A stretch of 12,331 nucleotides of DNA, taken from contig CP070698.1 of assembly GCA_020349685.1 (NCBI GenBank), positions 920,562 to 932,892 of the forward strand, written 5' to 3'. Source of the DNA: a bacterium (GTDB lineage: Bacteria; BMS3Abin14). This document shows positions 6,901 through 12,331 of this stretch, piece after piece; the stretch's first letter is position 1; each line of letters opens with the position of its first letter. The notes under the pieces were generated by a model. The model worked only from the letters and a program-made list of their open reading frames with translations, did no database searches and had not been told where the DNA came from. A program made the position numbers and the translations under genes.

Positions 6901-7625
6901 CGGCCCTCCGCAAGCCTGTCCGCCAGGGGTTTCGGCAGACCCGCGCTTAACCTTTTTTCCTGGGTTGCCTTGATCTCATAAGGGGATCGAATGATGGAAA
7001 AATCTCCTTTTTCCAAATCGAGCAACCCGAAACAGGCATCCGGATTCCCGTCTCTCGGCTGTCCCACGCTTCCGACATTAATGAGGTATCTGGTCCCCTC
7101 CTCCACAGCGAACGTATCGCCCGGAAGAACTGATACGTGCCCCTCCGCGTCCATTCCGACAGTGACCGGCTGGTGGGAGTGGCCTACAAAACAAAAAGTG
7201 CTCTTAAAATAGGAAAAGTTTTTTTCCGCGTCCCAGAGGGAAAAGATATAATTCCAGCTCTCCGGCTCCTGGGGATTGGCATGCACGACGGTAACAGAAT
7301 CCTTCGACATCACCATGGGGAGGGTCGCAATGTAATCGACAGCCCACTCCTCCAACTGGTCAGCGTTCCAGATGATGGCCCTCTTGGCATTTGGATTAAA
7401 AGTCTCGATGTCGATCATTCCCAATGCGGCGATATCGTGGTTCCCCATGACTGCAAGGTCCGTGTTCTCCATGACCCACCGGGTGCAGGCGTTGGGATCC
7501 GGGCCATATCCGACAACGTCACCGGCAAAGTAGATCGCATCTACCCTAATCTCTTCTATAGCTCTCTGGACAGCCTCCAAAGCCTCCAGGTTGGAGTGTA
7601 TATCGGAAATGACGGCTATCCTCAT
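6897..7625 (-). CDS. Calcineurin-like metallophosphoesterase (Metallophos_2 / YfcE-MJ0912-like)
   Basis: Complete metal-binding motif set: SDIHSN, AGDVVGYG, MGNHD, VVHA, VGHSH, plus INVGSVGQPRDG. Confidence 0.92.
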   Translation of the reverse strand: MRIAVISDIHSNLEALEAVQRAIEEIRVDAIYFAGDVVGYGPDPNACTRWVMENTDLAVMGNHDIAALGMIDIETFNPNAKRAIIWNADQLEEWAVDYIATLPMVMSKDSVTVVHANPQEPESWNYIFSLWDAEKNFSYFKSTFCFVGHSHQPVTVGMDAEGHVSVLPGDTFAVEEGTRYLINVGSVGQPRDGNPDACFGLLDLEKGDFSIIRSPYEIKATQEKRLSAGLPKPLADRLAEGR

Positions 7626-7628
7626 TGT

Positions 7629-8132
7629 TTAGCCCGATGACGTCCGGGATTCGTCTCCTTCTCTCAGGGAAAGGGAAAAATCCTTATCGGTGGAAAATAA
7701 AGAAACCGTAAGCCGACCGTTCTTTTCAAAGGGTCGGGCGGCAATGGCCAGATCATCCAGGACACCCTTGTCGTGACGGCCGGCCAGCGGGATTCCCTCC
7801 ACAGCGACCTTTCTTCCGCCCAGTTTGGCGGCAGCTTCCAGGGCAAGCCGGTAGGCCTCTTTCCGCAGGTCGGGACTGAACTCTTCCTCGGAACCGAGAC
7901 CGGTCATGATCACGGTCTGGGTCGGTATCTTGCCCTGCGTGGCGAGTACGGTGAGCTGCCCGAACTTGAACAGTCCGGGTTTCTTCCTGAGCAGGGCGCT
8001 CACGGCCGCATTGCACCGCCAATCGAGGAGAGCAAGGGTGCCGACAAGAGGTTTGACGTCCGAAGGATGGAACAGCAGCAGGACGTCGCCGCGGTAATTG
8101 AGGGCATCGCCACCCCGGATCTGGACTGCCAT
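7629..8132 (-). CDS. Stand-alone peptidase M17 (leucyl aminopeptidase) N-terminal-domain-like protein
   Basis: 167 aa with pattern DVLLL...LLDWRCNAAVSALL...FKFGQLTVLATQGKIPTQTVIMTGLGSEEEF...ALEAAAKLGGRKVAV, matching the PepA N-terminal domain; no catalytic C-terminal domain. ATG directly follows the nusB stop. Domain call is by pattern recognition. Confidence 0.72.
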   Translation of the reverse strand: MAVQIRGGDALNYRGDVLLLFHPSDVKPLVGTLALLDWRCNAAVSALLRKKPGLFKFGQLTVLATQGKIPTQTVIMTGLGSEEEFSPDLRKEAYRLALEAAAKLGGRKVAVEGIPLAGRHDKGVLDDLAIAARPFEKNGRLTVSLFSTDKDFSLSLREGDESRTSSG

Positions 8133-8546
8133 TCAGATCTCCATCCCAAGGTCTGTGCGCACCCTGTCCAGCACTCCGTTCACAAAAGTTCCCGACTCCT
8201 CACCACCAAATTTTTTTGCCAGCTCTATGGCCTCGTTGAGCACAACCCTTACCGGTTTTGGATTCTTTCCGGTAAGTTCCGAAACAGCCAGTCTGATAAC
8301 ATTCCGGTCAACCGCTGCCATACGGCTTATCTCCCATTTCAGGGAAGCCTTCCTGATGTGATCGTCGATCTCCTCCAGGCGCTCGACGGTCTCCTCGACA
8401 AGTTCGGTCGTGAACTCCCTGACACTGTCGGGGAGTTCGCCATTGTCGAGGATCTGCTGGGTGGCCTCTTTCCAGGAGACCGGATTAAGGTCCATGCTGT
8501 AGAGGATCTTAAGTGCGGCCTCTCTTCCCCTTCTGCGGACTCCCAT
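8133..8546 (-). CDS. nusB: Transcription antitermination factor NusB
   Basis: Arg-rich start MGVRRRGREAALKILY, WEISRMAAVDRNVIRLAVSEL, VVLNEAIELAKKFGGEESGTFVNGVLD. Classical position after ribH. Start reassigned to ATG 8546 because the 8645 start overlaps ribH. Confidence 0.96.
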   Translation of the reverse strand: MGVRRRGREAALKILYSMDLNPVSWKEATQQILDNGELPDSVREFTTELVEETVERLEEIDDHIRKASLKWEISRMAAVDRNVIRLAVSELTGKNPKPVRVVLNEAIELAKKFGGEESGTFVNGVLDRVRTDLGMEI

Positions 8547-8556
8547 CGAATAGGGT

Positions 8557-9027
8557 CTAGATCTGCCTGAGCAGATCTGCCATCTCCACAGCCCCCAGGG
8601 CGGCCTCAAAACCCTTGTTACCGGCCTTTGCTCCCGCCCTGTCAACAGCCTGTTCCAGGGTGTCGGCTGTGATCACACCGAAAGTCACCGGGAGGCCGGT
8701 GTCCAGGGCCACCTGAGCGACTCCTTTGGTCACTTCCGCAGCGATATAATCAAAATGGGGCGTCTGGCCACGGATCAGGGCCCCAAGGCAGACGACGGCA
8801 TCATATTTTCCGGAGGAGGCCGCCCTTTTCGCTGCCAAGGGGAGTTCAAAAGATCCGGGAACCCTGATAACAACGATATCCTTTTCGGAGGCACCGTGCC
8901 GCAGCAGGCAGTCGACGGCACCATCGATGAGTTTTGCTGTCACGAAATCGTTGAACCTTGAAGCGATGACAGCGGTTTTTAGTCCCTTGGCGTTCAGCTT
9001 GCCTTCAATGGTTCCGTATCCAGACAT
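8557..9027 (-). CDS. ribH: 6,7-dimethyl-8-ribityllumazine synthase
   Basis: [50 protein letters not shown] motifs. ATG 9027 has AAAGGAG 5 nt upstream, preferred over TTG 9042. Confidence 0.97.
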   Translation of the reverse strand: MSGYGTIEGKLNAKGLKTAVIASRFNDFVTAKLIDGAVDCLLRHGASEKDIVVIRVPGSFELPLAAKRAASSGKYDAVVCLGALIRGQTPHFDYIAAEVTKGVAQVALDTGLPVTFGVITADTLEQAVDRAGAKAGNKGFEAALGAVEMADLLRQI

Positions 9028-9043
9028 GAGATCTCCTTTCAAA

Positions 9044-9099
9044 CTCCAAAACCACGATTAGCCGCTTAAACCCTTTTCTCTGGCACCGTGCTTTTGGAG
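9044..9099 (-). promoter_or_regulatory. Long stem-loop immediately upstream of the ribH Shine-Dalgarno
   Basis: CTCCAAAA-C-CACG (9044-9056) is complementary to CGTG-C-TTTTGGAG (9087-9099), 12 of 13 bp, with a 30-nt loop. Function not established. Confidence 0.45.
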
Positions 9100-9130
9100 C
9101 AGGCAGATAGCGAATCAAATATCTCTTTCA

Positions 9131-9154
9131 CCGATAACCCGATACTCCGATACC
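9131..9154. repeat. Three tandem imperfect 8-bp repeats CCGATAnn
   Basis: CCGATAAC CCGATACT CCGATACC, followed by a degenerate CCCACACC. Confidence 0.7.
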
Positions 9155-9174
9155 CCCACACCGGGGGGCCTGCT

Positions 9175-10377
9175 TCACAGTTTCTTGAGCAGGTGCCCGA
9201 GCTTATCCTTCTTGGTCCTCAGATAACTGATATTCTCCTGTCGGGCTTCAACCTCGATAGGCACTCGCTCGGTGATCTTCAGCCCGTATCCTTCGAGTCC
9301 CACAACCTTTCTGGGGTTGTTGGTCAGAAGCCGGATCTCTTTCACACCGAGATCCACGAGGATCTGGGCCCCGATGCCGTAATCCCTCAGGTCAGGTCCG
9401 AAACCCAGTTCCAGGTTGGCCTCCACTGTATCCTTGCCCTGATCCTGAAGCTGGTAAGCCCTGAGTTTGTTTGCCAGGCCTATGCCCCTCCCCTCCTGGC
9501 TCATGTAAAGGAAAACACCCTTCCCTTCCCTCTGTATCATGGCAAGGGCGCTTTCCATCTGTTCGCCGCAATCGCAGCGCAGTGAGTGGAAAACATCACC
9601 TGTGAGGCACTCGGAATGGACCCGCACGAGGGTAGGCTTCCCGGATTCGATGGTACCGGCCGTGAGGGCCACATGTTCCTGGCCGTCGATCTCGTTGCGA
9701 TAGGCATGAGCCGTAAACTCCCCGAAACGGGTTGGCAGGCTGGTCTGGGCCACGCTGGTCACCAGACTCTCGTGGCTCATCCTGTACTTGACCAGGTCTT
9801 CTATGGTCACGATCTTGAGACCGAATTTTCTGGCAACGACCCTGAGTTCCGGCATGCGGGCCATGGTGCCGTCGGGGTTCATGATCTCACATATCACCCC
9901 GGAGGGCTTGAGCCCTGCCAGCCTGGCCAGATCGGTCGATCCCTCGGTCTGGCCCGCCCTTACCAGGACACCGCCCTCCCGGGCACGGATGGGGAAGATA
10001 TGGCCCGGTCTGTCAATATCATCAGGTCCGCAGCTCTCGTCTATGGCGGTGAGTATGGTATGGGCGCGATCAGCCGCTGATATGCCCGTGGTCACACCCT
10101 TTTTGGCCTCTATGGATACGGTGAAGGCTGTCCCGTACTTGGCCGTATTCCTTGTGACCATCTGGGGAAGGTCGAGTTCCTCGCAGCGCTGCTCCGTCAG
10201 CGTGAGGCAGATCAGCCCGCGGCCGTAAAGAGCCATAAAATTGATGATCTCGGGTGACACCTTCTCGGCGGCGACCATGAAATCTCCCTCGTTCTCACGG
10301 TCCTCATCATCCACAAGGATGATGATCTTCCCTTCCCTGATGTCGTTGAGCGCCTCTTCAATGGTGGAAATAGGCAT
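9175..10377 (-). CDS. ribBA: Bifunctional DHBP synthase / GTP cyclohydrolase II
   Basis: RibB motifs [41 protein letters not shown]. RibA motifs [20 protein letters not shown] (three Zn-binding Cys), [17 protein letters not shown]. Confidence 0.98.
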   Translation of the reverse strand: MPISTIEEALNDIREGKIIILVDDEDRENEGDFMVAAEKVSPEIINFMALYGRGLICLTLTEQRCEELDLPQMVTRNTAKYGTAFTVSIEAKKGVTTGISAADRAHTILTAIDESCGPDDIDRPGHIFPIRAREGGVLVRAGQTEGSTDLARLAGLKPSGVICEIMNPDGTMARMPELRVVARKFGLKIVTIEDLVKYRMSHESLVTSVAQTSLPTRFGEFTAHAYRNEIDGQEHVALTAGTIESGKPTLVRVHSECLTGDVFHSLRCDCGEQMESALAMIQREGKGVFLYMSQEGRGIGLANKLRAYQLQDQGKDTVEANLELGFGPDLRDYGIGAQILVDLGVKEIRLLTNNPRKVVGLEGYGLKITERVPIEVEARQENISYLRTKKDKLGHLLKKL

Positions 10378-10387
10378 ACCTACCCCT

Positions 10388-11044
10388 TTATTCCGTGACG
10401 AAACCGGCCTGAATAAGTTTGTCCATTGTGATGGATCCGTCCCTCTTGTCGGCCGTCAGATTCCGGATCACGGACATCACGTATTTTAAGATCAGATCGG
10501 GTTCCAAATTAACAAAATCACCCGGTGTTTTCAATCGAAAGGTCGTTTTTTCAAAGGTTTCTGGGATCACCGAGACCGAAAATGCCTGCCCCAGATCCTC
10601 TACGATCGTCAGGCTCACACCGTCAACCGAAACGGATCCTTTAGAAACGATGTAGGGGCTGAAATCGGGCGGACAGGTGACCTCGAGGTGGTACCCTTCT
10701 CCCTCCTTCCGAAGTTCACGGATCTGTCCCCTGGTCTCCACGTGTCCTGACACCAGATGGCCGCCCAGCCTGTCTCCCAAAGCGAGAGCCCTTTCCAGGT
10801 TGACCTTATACCCCGCACCGGCCTTGGCGAGGGCCGTCCTCTCGAGGGTCTCCCTTGACAGGAAGGCCGAAAACGCTGAATCCGTAACCCTCTCGACCGT
10901 CAGACAAACGCCTCCAACGGAAATGCTGTCTCCGGCTTTTGTTCCCTCGAGGACCGTGGAAGCGCCGACCAGCATCCTGATCCCCCCTGATCTTGGTTCC
11001 ACCCGCTGGACGGTGCCGATCTCTTCAACTATCCCTGTGAACAT
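10388..11044 (-). CDS. ribE: Riboflavin synthase (alpha chain)
   Basis: Signature N-terminus MFTGIV; duplicated lumazine-binding repeats [13 protein letters not shown] / [12 protein letters not shown]; [20 protein letters not shown]; VNLEPD. Called ribC in E. coli nomenclature. Confidence 0.97.
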   Translation of the reverse strand: MFTGIVEEIGTVQRVEPRSGGIRMLVGASTVLEGTKAGDSISVGGVCLTVERVTDSAFSAFLSRETLERTALAKAGAGYKVNLERALALGDRLGGHLVSGHVETRGQIRELRKEGEGYHLEVTCPPDFSPYIVSKGSVSVDGVSLTIVEDLGQAFSVSVIPETFEKTTFRLKTPGDFVNLEPDLILKYVMSVIRNLTADKRDGSITMDKLIQAGFVTE

Positions 11045-11051
11045 TGGTCCC

Positions 11052-12149
11052 TCACTTTATATCCGCTGTGATCCGGACGTCTCCTCCGATCCTCCGCACA
11101 TTGAGTATGGACAGACGGAGCGACTCCTGCAGGGAGGCGACCCCCATATCTCCAACAGCCGGGACTCCGGAGGACCCTGTTATCCTCGGCGCCATGAAAA
11201 GCTCAACCCTGTTGACGGCTCTCTCTCGCAATAACCAGGCCGCCGTTTTTCCCCCGCCCTCGACGAGGACATGCAGTATGCCCATCTTGACAAGGGCATC
11301 GGCAAGGTCGCTCCAGGGGATGACACCTTTGGAAAGGGGAACCGCGATCAGGCGCACACCCCTTTTCTCCATAACTCGTCTGCGTTCAGCCGGGACACCG
11401 TCACCGGTCACCAGCAAGGTCGAACCATCCCTGTTTTCCTTCACGACCGACGACCCCGGGGGTGTTCTCAAGGAAGGGTCCAGAATGATCCGGTAAGGCT
11501 GGATCTTCCTCCTGACTCCCCTGACCGTGAGCATCGGGTCGTCGGAAACGACGGTGCCAACGCCCACCATTACGGCGTCAGCCTGGGCCCTGAGCCTGTG
11601 CACGGCTCTTCGAGCTTCCTCACCGGTGATCCATTTGGAATCGCCGGAAGGGCCCGCAATACGACCGTCAAGAGTGGCCGCCAGTTTGAGGGTAACATAC
11701 GGACGGCCCTTCCTCGAAAAGTTAAAAAAGGCCCTGTTAAGCTCCTCCGCTTCCCTCTGAAGGGTCCCGACGTTCACTTCGATCCCTGCCTTTCGCAGGG
11801 TGTCGAACCCTTTTCCGTCAACGAGGGAATGGGGGTCGGCACAGGCAGCAAAGACGCGGGCGATGCCGGCCTTGATAATGGCCTGGGTACACGGGGGCGT
11901 ACGTCCTGTTTGATCACAGGGCTCGAGGTTCACAAAAAGAGTGCCCCCGCGAGATTTCCTGCCCGCCTCGTCAAGAGCGATGGCTTCGGCATGAGGTTCT
12001 CCCGGCTTCTGGTGCCACCCTTCTCCGACGGTCTTCCCACCCGCTACAACCACGGCACCAACCATGGGGTTGGGGTGGGTTGTTCCCTCGCCCCGTCCAG
12101 CCAGGACCAGAGCACGTCTCATGAACCTTTCGATCACCTCCGGTTTCAC
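11052..12149 (-). CDS. ribD: Bifunctional pyrimidine deaminase / reductase of riboflavin biosynthesis
   Basis: [17 protein letters not shown]-x8-C Zn motif; reductase part [41 protein letters not shown] start overlaps the prfB stop. Confidence 0.97.
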   Translation of the reverse strand: MKPEVIERFMRRALVLAGRGEGTTHPNPMVGAVVVAGGKTVGEGWHQKPGEPHAEAIALDEAGRKSRGGTLFVNLEPCDQTGRTPPCTQAIIKAGIARVFAACADPHSLVDGKGFDTLRKAGIEVNVGTLQREAEELNRAFFNFSRKGRPYVTLKLAATLDGRIAGPSGDSKWITGEEARRAVHRLRAQADAVMVGVGTVVSDDPMLTVRGVRRKIQPYRIILDPSLRTPPGSSVVKENRDGSTLLVTGDGVPAERRRVMEKRGVRLIAVPLSKGVIPWSDLADALVKMGILHVLVEGGGKTAAWLLRERAVNRVELFMAPRITGSSGVPAVGDMGVASLQESLRLSILNVRRIGGDVRITADIK

Positions 12150-12331
12150 TTTTCCCTGCGCCCCATGAGGTAGGCCTGGATGAAGTCGTCCAGGTCCCCG
12201 TCCAGTACGGCATCGACATTGCCGGCCTCGTGCCCGGTTCTGTGATCCTTGACCATCCTATAGGGTTGGAGGACGTAACTGCGGATCTGGCTTCCCCACG
12301 CGATCTCCTTCTTTTGACCCTTGATCTTTTC
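12146..12331 (-). CDS. prfB: Peptide chain release factor 2, C-terminal 61 aa (5'-truncated by the window edge)
   Basis: Hand translation from 12331: [61 protein letters not shown], the RF2 C-terminal signature [18 protein letters not shown]...VLDGDLD.FI. Missing from the ORF track. Confidence 0.96.
   Translation of the reverse strand, partial: EKIKGQKKEIAWGSQIRSYVLQPYRMVKDHRTGHEAGNVDAVLDGDLDDFIQAYLMGRREK

Noticed and set aside
8547-8645. 33-aa N-terminal extension of NusB and 5-aa extension of RibH given by the ORF track
   Set aside because: The NusB extension overlaps ribH coding sequence and precedes the family's typical start; the RibH extension runs through its own SD.
9081-9096. Sigma-54 promoter (TGGCAC at 9081-9086)
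   Set aside because: The -12 element reads TTTT rather than TTGC, and it would point antisense to the operon.
9028-9174. FMN riboswitch in the rib operon spacer
   Set aside because: The conserved RFN blocks (AGGGC...GAAAUUCC..ACCG.CGGU and AGUCcGGAUG.GAGA) are not present.
11971-12219. 82-aa minus-strand ORF spanning the prfB-ribD junction
   Set aside because: It is out of frame with two strongly supported genes and has no recognisable features.

Overview
A GC-rich bacterial window whose gene content and protein style suggest a deltaproteobacterium (Desulfobacterota/Myxococcota-like; this is inference). It holds 14 genes, all on the minus strand and mostly tightly packed. In transcription order: prfB (3' end only), ribD, ribE, ribBA, ribH, nusB, a stand-alone peptidase-M17 N-terminal-domain protein, a metallophosphoesterase, a DUF4388/degenerate-receiver/GAF-like protein, cheY, cheA, an ExeA-like AAA ATPase, cheW with a long charged N-terminal tail, and a zinc-ribbon pseudo-receiver protein that runs off the left edge and is absent from the ORF track. 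The chemosensory block has no chemoreceptor gene in the window and resembles the deltaproteobacterial Che8/'alpha-group' type (from recollection, to be verified). Only two intergenic gaps exceed 40 nt, and both are highly structured. One is a 161-nt element of five back-to-back hairpins with terminal inverted repeats, probably MITE/REP-like, between the ATPase and cheW. The other is a 147-nt ribBA-ribH spacer that can fold into a three-way junction plus a long hairpin next to the ribH ribosome-binding site.
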